Assembly: GCA_964449235.1 (NCBI GenBank)
Contig: CAYVAX010000003.1
Coordinates: 1-51,872 of the forward strand
Length of the DNA stretch: 51,872 nt
Reading direction: 5' to 3'
From: an uncultured Candidatus Saccharibacteria bacterium
Lineage (GTDB): Bacteria > Patescibacteriota > Minisyncoccia > RBG-13-40-8-A > JAUWHN01
Under the pieces are notes generated by a model. The model was not told the DNA's origin. It did not search any database and worked only from the letters and a program-made list of their open reading frames with translations. The translations under genes were made by a program, and so were the position numbers. Every line of letters begins with the position of its first letter. Within the stretch, counting starts at the first letter, position 1. This document shows positions 8,135-16,782 of this stretch, piece after piece.

Positions 8135-11100
8135 GTGAACAAAAAGATAAACCAAACAATTCTCCTAAAAAAAGGATAATTGGAAGTTCAGTAAAGCCCT
8201 GTGTTCATGATCTGGGAATTAGAAATTTTATAAAAGCAATGAAAAGTGTAGACTCCAGTTGTTTTGGTTTTGATCTCGGAGTTGCTGATATTGATAAAAT
8301 TATTGCAGTTCTTCAAGAAACTAAACGACCGGGGTTAATTATGGGAATATCTTTTCGATTAGGAGTTACAGGACTTAAGAAAACCATTGAAGAGTTTATT
8401 GAGAAGATTTATAAAGCAAAACTGGACCCTAACAGGAGTGGGATAAGATATGCATTTGGAGGAACTGTTCCCGGAGCAAATCTTATTCGTGCAATGACTG
8501 GCCAGCCGATCAGAAAAGACCCGTTTGCCAAGCAAGAACAGAAATACGACTTAGAAAAAGTTATTCAGGAATGCAAAGGAAATTCTAAATTTAAAAATTT
8601 CTTTGAATTAATTGCAGATACTAAAACCAAAAGCGAAGAAATTGTAGAATTTGCCCAGCCAAGCAAGGTAAAGGCAAGAAAAGAAACTGAGCCTGCTCAA
8701 AATTTAGTTGATCGCATTAAGCAAGTAAGAGAAAAAGAAAATCGAGCATTGCGCAGAGTGCATATCGGAATTGCAGGAAAATTAAAAAACACCATAAGAG
8801 ATATTGAGAAGATTACCAAAGAGAATGTCTGGGATATCATCTCTATTGCTCCTGACCAGTGGGCACAGCAATATCTCTGGCACTTTATCAATCAGGAAAA
8901 GGATCCTAAAAAATATCCATTTGCTCAAGGCGGATGCCCGATTAGATCCAAGCAGGATTTGATTGATCTTAAAAAAGTTTCTCAATGTGGAAATCATCCC
9001 TTAATGCGAATCTATTCCGGAACTGATAAGCTTATAGAGATCGGAAAGATATTTGATGAAACAATTAATATCTGTTTTCCGGCTGTACCTATTTTCTGGT
9101 ACAACCAATTAGATGGTCGAGGCCCAATAGCGATTAAAGAAGGAATTGCCGAACACCAGAAAGTTATTAAATTCTGGGGAAAACGAAATAAACCTGTAGA
9201 GATTAATGACCCTCATCAATGGCAATTGCGAGAATCCAGTGATGAAATTTATGTGATTGATCACCTTCTCTGCGCATTAACTGCAAAGCAGAATGGTGTT
9301 AAAAATTACATCATGCAAATGATGTTTAATTTGCCACCGAAAATAAGCCCTAAAAATGACTTAGCAAAAATGAAAGCTGCTTATGAATTGATCCGATTGC
9401 TCGAAGACAAAAATTTTAAAATTATCAAAGAAACTCGCGGAGGCTTATCTTCATTCCCGGATGATCTTGACGAAGCAGCTGGGCATCTTTCCGGAGGAGC
9501 GATGTTGCAACTGCACATGAATCCGGACATCATCCATATTGTCAGTAAAAGCGAAGCCCATCATGAAGCAGGAGCTAATGATATTATTGAGAGCTGTAAA
9601 CATATTGAGGGTATTGAAAAAATGTTTAAATCCGGCGCACCCAATATTTGGAAAGACAGAGAAATCCAGAAAAGAAAATTAGAATTAAAACGAAATGCCG
9701 TATACACTTTGCTAAATATCGCCCTTATTGGTGAATATCAGGGAGAATACAAGGAAAAAACTGCTATTAAAAATTTTGATCAATTTTTAACAGATGAAAA
9801 GGAATGTTCAAAAGTATTAAAAAGCTTGTTTAACTCTAAGAATTATCGTAATAAGAAATGCAACCTGGTTAATTCCGATGTCTTGGATTTATGCTTGCGA
9901 ACTGGACTGTTGCAGGCGCCCGTACTTGCAGATATTGATAAAAGATACACAATGGTAACTAAATGTGAAACCGAAGTTATCAACGGAGCTTGCAAAACAG
10001 TAGAATTTAATGGAGAAAAAGTTGATAATGAAATCCAAAGAGTTAAAAAAGCAATGCAGTATCTTGAAGAGCAAATCATGGGGAAAAAGGTTCGTCACAA
10101 AGGAGAAAAACTTGGTCGCGGCATTTCCAAGGAGAAAGTTTTTAAAGCTAGAAATGCTATTGGAATCCCTAAGTTTCATAACAAAAAAGTGCTGGTTGCC
10201 GATTTCGGAAGCACATTCACTAAGCTAGCTTCATTTAATACCAATAACCTTCGGGATATAAAATTCAATTATGTTCCCACTATTGTTGATAATCTAGAAA
10301 AATGCCTGGCTCATGGGCTAAGTACAATGAATAAAAGAATTAAAATCGATAACCTCAGAGGAGAAGAATTAACATCAGCGCTGGCAGAACAATTAAGTAA
10401 ATACGATCTAAAATTGGCCTCCAGTAGCGCTAAGGGGGGACTAAAAACAGTTACGGTCGCAGCAAGTAGTGAAAGTCATAAACCAGCAGAACTAGCCGCA
10501 TTTAAAGCTGGAGGAAAAATATTAGCCTCTTATACCGGCAAGTTAACTAAAGAACAGGCTCAAAAGATTTACCAAAAAGATAAGCCAGAATTGATCTTGC
10601 TTACCGGCGGAGTTAATCGCGGAGGAAACACAGATATTGTTGAGCATAACGCCAGACAAATCGCAGAGTATGCTAAACTAGCTGAATATGCCAAATACGG
10701 TGTTCCTGTGGTTTATGCTGGTACTACTGACGCTCATAGACAGGTTGCTCACATCTTTGCAGAAAAAAATATCTATGTAAAATGGGCAAACAATGTAATG
10801 CCGGAAATCAACGAATTTGATATTGACACTGTGGAAGGTGCCGTTAATAAATTATTCCGAGAGATTATTGTCAAAGGAAAAGGATTTGACAAAGTTCAAC
10901 AACATTTTGATTTAGGATTGCTTCCAACACCAGTAGCAGCCTTATGGGGAATTAACCTTTTGGCCTGCGGTTATGGAGAAAAACATCTTGGATTAAAAGA
11001 CATCTTTGCTATTGACATCGGCGGATGTACAACTGATGTATTTAGAGTTCTTTTCCGAAAGAACCCTCTTTACGAAGGAAAAGATAATCGCCGGACCAGA

Positions 11101-11772
11101 GACTTAGAACCTAACTTACCTCCAGTTACCAGAAGAGTAGAAGGAAAATTTGGTCTCAGCTTTAATGCAATAAACCTGACCGATGTTAACCGCTGGAAAG
11201 AAGGTAAATCTTCAAAGTTTATTAATGAACAATTCCAGAAAATTCATTCTCGATATGCTGGAAAAGATAATAGCGTTCTTGCCAAATTTTTCAATCCCAA
11301 AAGAAAACAACCGATTGATGTTGCTGAATATCTGAAATACCTTTCTAGCAATCCCGGATTTATTCCTAAAACTAAACAAGAAAGCACAGTAAGCGCACTA
11401 ATTGCAAACGAGATATTAAAGGCTTGTAGTAAAAATAACTGTGGAACTATCGAACCCACAGAGACTTATTATCTACAGAAAGGCATTAACTTTTTAAATA
11501 TGCCCTGTACCGTACTGCTCATTGGAGGAACTGTTTATCATAAATGTAAAGAAAATAGCGCTGATTCTATAAGAGATTTAGAAATTATTGCTAAAGGAGT
11601 GCTATTCAATGAAGAAGAGCCAGATATTCTTAGACCTGATTACCGCAACGCTACTATACTCGCTGATAAAAATTACTTTATTTCCATTATCGGCGGACTG
11701 TACGGCAAGCTAGATCCAAAACGAGCTTTAAAAATAATGAAGAATAATTTGAAAAAAATAGAAATAAAATAA
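8131..11772 (+). CDS. fusion protein: cobalamin-binding (GlmS-like) + methylaspartate-mutase E-like TIM barrel + MutL/GlmL-like ASKHA ATPase
   Basis: The ORF track starts at 8038. I place the start at ATG 8131, which overlaps the upstream TGA as ATGA. That gives 1213 aa. Motifs: IIGSSVKPCVHDLG, then GlmE-like landmarks, then VLVADFGSTFTK and AIDIGGCTTDV (see findings). Confidence 0.7.
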   Translation: MSEQKDKPNNSPKKRIIGSSVKPCVHDLGIRNFIKAMKSVDSSCFGFDLGVADIDKIIAVLQETKRPGLIMGISFRLGVTGLKKTIEEFIEKIYKAKLDPNRSGIRYAFGGTVPGANLIRAMTGQPIRKDPFAKQEQKYDLEKVIQECKGNSKFKNFFELIADTKTKSEEIVEFAQPSKVKARKETEPAQNLVDRIKQVREKENRALRRVHIGIAGKLKNTIRDIEKITKENVWDIISIAPDQWAQQYLWHFINQEKDPKKYPFAQGGCPIRSKQDLIDLKKVSQCGNHPLMRIYSGTDKLIEIGKIFDETINICFPAVPIFWYNQLDGRGPIAIKEGIAEHQKVIKFWGKRNKPVEINDPHQWQLRESSDEIYVIDHLLCALTAKQNGVKNYIMQMMFNLPPKISPKNDLAKMKAAYELIRLLEDKNFKIIKETRGGLSSFPDDLDEAAGHLSGGAMLQLHMNPDIIHIVSKSEAHHEAGANDIIESCKHIEGIEKMFKSGAPNIWKDREIQKRKLELKRNAVYTLLNIALIGEYQGEYKEKTAIKNFDQFLTDEKECSKVLKSLFNSKNYRNKKCNLVNSDVLDLCLRTGLLQAPVLADIDKRYTMVTKCETEVINGACKTVEFNGEKVDNEIQRVKKAMQYLEEQIMGKKVRHKGEKLGRGISKEKVFKARNAIGIPKFHNKKVLVADFGSTFTKLASFNTNNLRDIKFNYVPTIVDNLEKCLAHGLSTMNKRIKIDNLRGEELTSALAEQLSKYDLKLASSSAKGGLKTVTVAASSESHKPAELAAFKAGGKILASYTGKLTKEQAQKIYQKDKPELILLTGGVNRGGNTDIVEHNARQIAEYAKLAEYAKYGVPVVYAGTTDAHRQVAHIFAEKNIYVKWANNVMPEINEFDIDTVEGAVNKLFREIIVKGKGFDKVQQHFDLGLLPTPVAALWGINLLACGYGEKHLGLKDIFAIDIGGCTTDVFRVLFRKNPLYEGKDNRRTRDLEPNLPPVTRRVEGKFGLSFNAINLTDVNRWKEGKSSKFINEQFQKIHSRYAGKDNSVLAKFFNPKRKQPIDVAEYLKYLSSNPGFIPKTKQESTVSALIANEILKACSKNNCGTIEPTETYYLQKGINFLNMPCTVLLIGGTVYHKCKENSADSIRDLEIIAKGVLFNEEEPDILRPDYRNATILADKNYFISIIGGLYGKLDPKRALKIMKNNLKKIEIK

Positions 11773-11779
11773 ACAAGCA

Positions 11780-11815
11780 AAGAAGGCTTCAAAAAAAGAA
11801 GCCTTCTTTTTTTTA
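11780..11815 (+). terminator. intrinsic terminator
   Basis: AAGAAGGCUUC, loop AAAAAAA, GAAGCCUUCUU, then a U-run, 8 nt after the stop of the fusion gene. Confidence 0.85.
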
Positions 11816-11824
11816 CCTTTGCGG

Positions 11825-11853
11825 TTGCAAAAATATATATATAATGTTAATAT
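11825..11853 (+). promoter_or_regulatory. candidate sigma70-type promoter of rpsT (near-leaderless)
   Basis: TTGCAA, a 17-nt spacer, then TAATAT. The -10 ends 9 nt before ATG 11863 and no SD is visible. Confidence 0.4.
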
Positions 11854-11862
11854 ATTTATATC

Positions 11863-12156
11863 ATGCCAATCACTACAAGCGCTAAAAAAGCATTACGCCA
11901 AAACAAAATAAAAAACGCACAGAATCTAAAAACAAAAAAGAAATACAAGGATGTTATAAAAAATATCCAAGAGTTGGTATTGGAGAAAAAAAATAAGGAA
12001 GCAGAAAAATTACTTCCCAAGGCTTACAAAGCAATAGATAAGGCAGCTAAAAAAGGAATGATCAAAAAAAATACTGCTTCCAGAAAAAAATCTCGATTAA
12101 CAAAATTAATCAATCGTTCTAAAGCTGTGCCAAAAAAATCTCCAAAGCAGGCTTAA
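11863..12156 (+). CDS. rpsT: 30S ribosomal protein S20
   Basis: 97 aa, very basic. The MPITTSAKKALRQNKIKN start is typical of bS20. Confidence 0.9.
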   Translation: MPITTSAKKALRQNKIKNAQNLKTKKKYKDVIKNIQELVLEKKNKEAEKLLPKAYKAIDKAAKKGMIKKNTASRKKSRLTKLINRSKAVPKKSPKQA

Positions 12157-13072
12157 GTTTTAATTTTCCGGTTTTCACCTGAATATCTATTTCCAATAAT
12201 TGGTTATAGATATTTTTTAAATCTTCAAAGTTAAAATTTCTTGCCTGATAACTTGTTTTTTTAGCTACAAACGGATGAATATTTGCTTTTTTAGATAACA
12301 AATAAACTGGGTGTTTCTGGTCTAATAACTGCCTAATTTTAATTAAATTTCTAAACTGATAGACAAAGCGATTAAATAGATATTGTTCATCGCCTCCTTG
12401 TTTTAAATAATCTTGAGTTAATTTTAAAGCTCGTTTTTTATTCTTCTCTCCTAAAGCGTCAATAATGTTAAAAATATTAATGTCAATTTCTGGCTTTACT
12501 AATTGCTGAATATCTTCGGCCTTAATTTGTTTGTCTTTCTGATTGGACTTATAGGAAAGTAATTTATCAATTTCATTGCTCATCCGCCAGAGATCATTGC
12601 CGATATATTCAATTAAAATTCTGATCGCCTGGGCGTCAATTTTTCCTTCCTGCTGTTGGATATATTTTTCAGTCCACTTTTTTAATTTTGAAGAAGAAAG
12701 TAATTCAAACTTTTGAGTTTTGGCTTTTTTATTTAAGAACTGAGCTAGCTCATTCTTAAGATCAACTTGTTCTACCCAAAAAACTATAATTGTATTCTGG
12801 TCTTTGATTAATTTTCTCTTTTTTAAATGATCTAATAATTTTTGCTGGAGGTTGTCTGACTGCTTAAATGCTCCTTTAACAACAATTAATTTTTTTTCGT
12901 CAAACATTGAAACTGTTTTAATTGCTTTTTCAAAATCTTGCAGGTCTTGTTCCTCAAGATTTATATCAATAAAATTTAAGCCACTTTGGTGGCGCTTTTT
13001 ATATCTCTCAATTATTTGATTCAGCTTCTGACGAGACCGGTATGTGTCTTTTCCAAATAAAAAATATATCAT
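12119..13072 (-). CDS. holA: DNA polymerase III delta subunit
   Basis: 317 aa. The start MIYFLFGKDTYRSRQKL and overall helical C-terminal pattern resemble HolA. Its 3' end overlaps rpsT convergently by 38 nt. Confidence 0.75.
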   Translation of the reverse strand: MIYFLFGKDTYRSRQKLNQIIERYKKRHQSGLNFIDINLEEQDLQDFEKAIKTVSMFDEKKLIVVKGAFKQSDNLQQKLLDHLKKRKLIKDQNTIIVFWVEQVDLKNELAQFLNKKAKTQKFELLSSSKLKKWTEKYIQQQEGKIDAQAIRILIEYIGNDLWRMSNEIDKLLSYKSNQKDKQIKAEDIQQLVKPEIDINIFNIIDALGEKNKKRALKLTQDYLKQGGDEQYLFNRFVYQFRNLIKIRQLLDQKHPVYLLSKKANIHPFVAKKTSYQARNFNFEDLKNIYNQLLEIDIQVKTGKLKLKPALEIFLAQL

Positions 13073-13101
13073 AACCTTATGTTAAGATTAGCAAAATTTT
13101 A

Positions 13102-13129
13102 GAAAAAAATAAAAGAGGATAAACCTCTC
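13102..13129 (-). terminator. candidate intrinsic terminator
   Basis: Minus strand: AGAGG, loop UUUAU, CCUCU, then UUUAUUUUUUU. It lies about 165 nt downstream of the AAA ATPase stop. Confidence 0.45.
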
Positions 13130-13293
13130 TAAACTCCTATTTGATTTTCTCCTTTTCTTTTCTGTTGTTTTCAATAAGCGGGAAATAGAGGGGAAGAACA
13201 GGAATATGCAATGTGTTTTATAGGATTAAACAAATTAGAAACTTCGAATTTCCCGCTTTGATTCCGCTCTGTTTTTTTGATAATCTTTTAAGC

Positions 13294-14526
13294 TTATTTA
13301 TAAACAGATTGCCAGGGATAGAAAAAATTTACACCTGCTAACTTTTTTTTATCAACAAAATCAAAGCCCATTAAGCAGGTTTTGGTATTTGGATAATAAT
13401 TTTTAAATTTGTTCAGGGTGAATCTGTCTTTATTTCTAACACTAATCTTAACTTCGCAAGCTAATAATTTAGAGTCTTGCTCTATAACAAAATCGATTTC
13501 TTCCTTTTGGGTTGTTCTCCAAAAATGAATATTCTCAGAATCTATATTTTTCCTAAAATTAGAATAAACTGCTGTTTCTAAGTCTCTGCCTTCAAGGGTT
13601 GTTGGAAATCTGCCCTTTTCAAGAATGCTTTTTAATCCCGAATCTTCAAAATAGATTTTAGGCATTTTTATCAATTCAGAACGAATATTGCGATGAAAAG
13701 GCAAAATTAATTTTATAACATAAGTGTTTTCCAGAATCATTAAGTAGTTTTCCAATGTCGGTCGAGCAATATCAGTGGTATTCGCTAATTCTAAAACATT
13801 AATCATCGAGCCCGATTGGGGAGCCAGAATTTTTAGTAACTTATTAAATTTATTAATATCACCGACTCTAGCTAGATCTCTAATATCTTTTTTCAAGTAG
13901 GTATTAATAATTTGCTTTAGCAATTGCTCTTTGATTTCGTTTGAACTTTCCAGAGCTATTCTTGGATAACCTCCATAAAATACAAATTCTTGAAAAGTTT
14001 TTTTCAATTGTTTAATTACTATCTTATCGTTGGTATTCAAATCATATTTTAATTCCCTAAAAGCTAAAAATTCTTCAAAATCCAGCCCGAAAAGCTCAAA
14101 ATCGATTGTTCTCCCAACTAAACTTTCTTTAAATTTCGACTTGATTTCAAAGCTTGATGATCCAGAAACAATTAATTTAATTCTTTCTTTTTCATGGTCG
14201 AAAAAATACTTTAAAAAAGAAGAGGGATTTTCTAAATACTGAATCTCGTCGATAAACAAAAAAATCTTTTTCTTGAAGTCACATCCAATTGATTTTAGAT
14301 GTTCAACTGTTTGTTTTACACCAGAATTACAAAGCTCTACCAATTCAAAATCTTCTAAATCAAAATAGATAATATTTGAAGAGGGATTTTCTTTTTTTAA
14401 TTCCTGTATTAGAATCTTAAGAAGAGTGGTTTTCCCAGTTTGTCTTGCTCCATGAATTACAATAATCTCAGGAATATTTATGGCTTTTTTAATTTTAGGA
14501 AGAATTTTTCTGGGATAAATTTTCAT
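13294..14526 (-). CDS. AAA-family ATPase with C-terminal DUF4143/PD-(D/E)xK-like domain
   Basis: 410 aa. Walker A GARQTGKTT, Walker B LFIDEIQ. C-terminal EIDFVIEQD...ACEVKIS is nuclease-fold-like. Confidence 0.85.
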   Translation of the reverse strand: MKIYPRKILPKIKKAINIPEIIVIHGARQTGKTTLLKILIQELKKENPSSNIIYFDLEDFELVELCNSGVKQTVEHLKSIGCDFKKKIFLFIDEIQYLENPSSFLKYFFDHEKERIKLIVSGSSSFEIKSKFKESLVGRTIDFELFGLDFEEFLAFRELKYDLNTNDKIVIKQLKKTFQEFVFYGGYPRIALESSNEIKEQLLKQIINTYLKKDIRDLARVGDINKFNKLLKILAPQSGSMINVLELANTTDIARPTLENYLMILENTYVIKLILPFHRNIRSELIKMPKIYFEDSGLKSILEKGRFPTTLEGRDLETAVYSNFRKNIDSENIHFWRTTQKEEIDFVIEQDSKLLACEVKISVRNKDRFTLNKFKNYYPNTKTCLMGFDFVDKKKLAGVNFFYPWQSVYK

Positions 14527-14656
14527 AGTGTTATAAAAGTTTAGGCATCGTCATAAAAATAGAAGTAGATATTGAATTTAATTAATTCAAGCAGACATTT
14601 TGTTTACTAATTCCTTAAAGTTTTTATCAAGTAATTCATAACAATTTGCTACCTAC

Positions 14657-14686
14657 AGTATACAAAAAATTGTAAAATTTTGTCAA
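14657..14686 (-). promoter_or_regulatory. candidate sigma70-type promoter for the AAA ATPase gene
   Basis: Minus strand: TTGACA, an 18-nt spacer, then TATACT. Confidence 0.5.
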
Positions 14687-14723
14687 GTGTTAATAACTTT
14701 TTACTCTAAAATTCCTCTTTATA

Positions 14724-14760
14724 TTAAAAAAATGCACTACTCAAAAAAAGATAGTGCATT
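14724..14760 (-). terminator. intrinsic terminator
   Basis: Minus strand: AAUGCACUA, a 12-nt loop, UAGUGCAUU, then a U-run. Confidence 0.7.
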
Positions 14761-14932
14761 CCAATAGTCAAAAGTCGAATAAAATCCCTTTTGGCAATGT
14801 TTGCAGAAGTGAACCACTCTACCCCTAAAGGGATAAAGCTTCCTGCTTCATAGTCGAGAGCAACCTCTCAACTCCACAGGCATAAAATTTTGCTAAACAT
14901 TGATAGCTTTTTTAGCGTTCTATCTCTTTTAT

Positions 14933-15994
14933 TCAATGATTAAATTTTGGTTCCCACCTTACATTTGTATCTGGTTCTACAATTTCTATCCAAATTTTAC
15001 CAGGAACAAATTTAATTTCTTTTCCTTTTTGATCTAAGAAGTATAGCTTGGTGAATTGATAGCTTCCTTCTTTTTTCCAGGTCCCCTTTATTTCCTCTCC
15101 ATTCCGATAAACAATCAATGATCCAGTTCCCTCCACATCTACGTCATTGTAATACGGACCTTCAATTTGTCTTGATTTTGCACGCATAATTACCACATTT
15201 TTAACCGTTACTTGCTGATTGGTCAATTTATCTATTTCAGGAGTACTGCCCCGCCAACGCTTATATGCATTGCTAGCAGAGTCGTATTCGTAATAAACTG
15301 CGTAATTTCCAGTATAGCCAACAGTTAATTTTGCAGTTAGATTTTCTGGTTTTGGATTCTTAATATGAGGATAGCCCTCAAATTGATTGCTTAATCGATA
15401 TCCCAGTTTCTGGGCTGCATTTATTAACTTATCCATGGAAGTAAATCCATTATGGGGAGCAGGTAAATAAGACTTTCTCCAAAAGGTGCTATAAGGATTT
15501 TTAAGGGCGTCAATATTGTCGATTATGCCAGCATTAAGTTTGTCAAGGGCAAAATGCGACCCTCCCCAATGAGCATAAATAGCATCCAATCCCATTGCTA
15601 ATGGAATGAAGTCATGCCGAGCACTGCGCACAGAGCCAATCTCTTCTGGCTGCTCACAGATATATACAGCCATCATGCGAGTAATACTTCCAGTAATTAC
15701 CGGCATTTCAATCACTAAATCTGCTGCCCCAACTCCGGATAAAGGGCGGGTAATGGAATCCTCGGCCAACATTACTGCAATTGGCCGGCGATTATAGTTT
15801 TCACATTTTACACCTGTAACTGGATTGGGTTGTCCTTGTTGCTGGGATTTGCCTTCAGTATTATTTTCGGTTTCTGAATCTTGCAAATCAGAGCTGATTA
15901 TATCAACACTCCTGCCTCCCAATTGCCAGAAAAGAACAATCGCAATTACAACTACGATTGAGGCAATAATATAAATTTTTATTTTCTTTGACAT
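14933..15994 (-). CDS. DUF3048-family (YerB-like) membrane-anchored protein
   Basis: The ORF track starts at 16063. I prefer ATG 15994 (MSKKIKIYIIASIVVVIAIVLF, a signal anchor). RPIAVMLAEDSITRPLSGVGAADLVIEMPVITGSITRMMAVY matches the DUF3048 pattern as remembered. Confidence 0.7.
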   Translation of the reverse strand: MSKKIKIYIIASIVVVIAIVLFWQLGGRSVDIISSDLQDSETENNTEGKSQQQGQPNPVTGVKCENYNRRPIAVMLAEDSITRPLSGVGAADLVIEMPVITGSITRMMAVYICEQPEEIGSVRSARHDFIPLAMGLDAIYAHWGGSHFALDKLNAGIIDNIDALKNPYSTFWRKSYLPAPHNGFTSMDKLINAAQKLGYRLSNQFEGYPHIKNPKPENLTAKLTVGYTGNYAVYYEYDSASNAYKRWRGSTPEIDKLTNQQVTVKNVVIMRAKSRQIEGPYYNDVDVEGTGSLIVYRNGEEIKGTWKKEGSYQFTKLYFLDQKGKEIKFVPGKIWIEIVEPDTNVRWEPKFNH

Positions 15995-16782
15995 TTTGGA
16001 CAAAAATATGTTCCCCGGCCACCAACAGTAATTCTTTTTATAGGTGTGCCGCAGACTAAACAAGGCTTTCCTTGCCGACCATATACTTTGTGCTTAAGAG
16101 TATAATTTCCAGCTTGTCCGGATAACTGCACGTATTCATCAATCGATGATCCTCGATGCAAAGTAGCTTGTTTTAAAACTTTTTTTAATTCTTTAAATAA
16201 TAATTGTTTTTCCTTGTCAGACAAAGAATTGACTTTTTTTTCAGGGTGAATTTTGGCTCTAAATAGTGCTTCTGCAGCATAAAGATTTCCCACTCCGGCA
16301 ATAAAAGATTGGTCCATTAGTAGAGATTTAATTTTCTTCTTTCTTTTAGAGAGCTTTTGTTTAAATTTTTGAAGAGTTAAATCTGATGGCTCCGGGCCTA
16401 GATTTTTAATAAACGGCAATAATTTCCAATTATCAACTATTTTCAACTCTCCAAGCAATCGCTGGTCATTAAAATCTAAAATTTTTTCATTAGAAAATTT
16501 AAAGCTAACTCTGCTTTTTTCAGCATTCCCGGGATAAATTAGTTGGCCGGTCATTCTGAGATGAATAGTTAAAAATTTATTTGAAGATAATTTTATAATC
16601 AAAAGCTTGCCCTTCCTTAAAACCGATTTTATAGTTTTTCCGGTTAATTGTTTGCTAAATTCGCTCTTGGTTAGCCCCTTGATTACCCTGGGGTTATTAA
16701 TAATCACTTGTTTAATCTTGTTTCCGATAACTGCTTTTCCTAGCTCTTGTTTAATTGTCTCCACTTCTGGTAATTCCGGCAT
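15979..16782 (-). CDS. mutM: formamidopyrimidine-DNA glycosylase
   Basis: 267 aa. MPELPEVE N-terminus, and a C-terminal zinc finger CLVCGTPI...GRGTYFCPKCQ. Confidence 0.92.
   Translation of the reverse strand: MPELPEVETIKQELGKAVIGNKIKQVIINNPRVIKGLTKSEFSKQLTGKTIKSVLRKGKLLIIKLSSNKFLTIHLRMTGQLIYPGNAEKSRVSFKFSNEKILDFNDQRLLGELKIVDNWKLLPFIKNLGPEPSDLTLQKFKQKLSKRKKKIKSLLMDQSFIAGVGNLYAAEALFRAKIHPEKKVNSLSDKEKQLLFKELKKVLKQATLHRGSSIDEYVQLSGQAGNYTLKHKVYGRQGKPCLVCGTPIKRITVGGRGTYFCPKCQRK

Noticed and set aside
12119-12156. 38-nt convergent overlap of the rpsT and holA 3' ends as a regulatory antisense feature
   Set aside because: Short convergent overlaps are common in compact genomes. The rpsT C-terminus (KSPKQA) could also end earlier in reality. 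Nothing beyond the overlap itself supports a function.
13240-13262. tRNA-like T-loop string TTCGAAT
   Set aside because: The flanking bases cannot form a T-stem or acceptor stem on either strand. I saw no convincing tRNA cloverleaf anywhere in the intergenic regions.
15995-16063. Upstream extension of the DUF3048 ORF (MFSLRHTYKKNYCWWPGNIFLSK)
   Set aside because: It overlaps the mutM 3' end extensively. The internal ATG 15994 starts a canonical basic-then-hydrophobic signal anchor.
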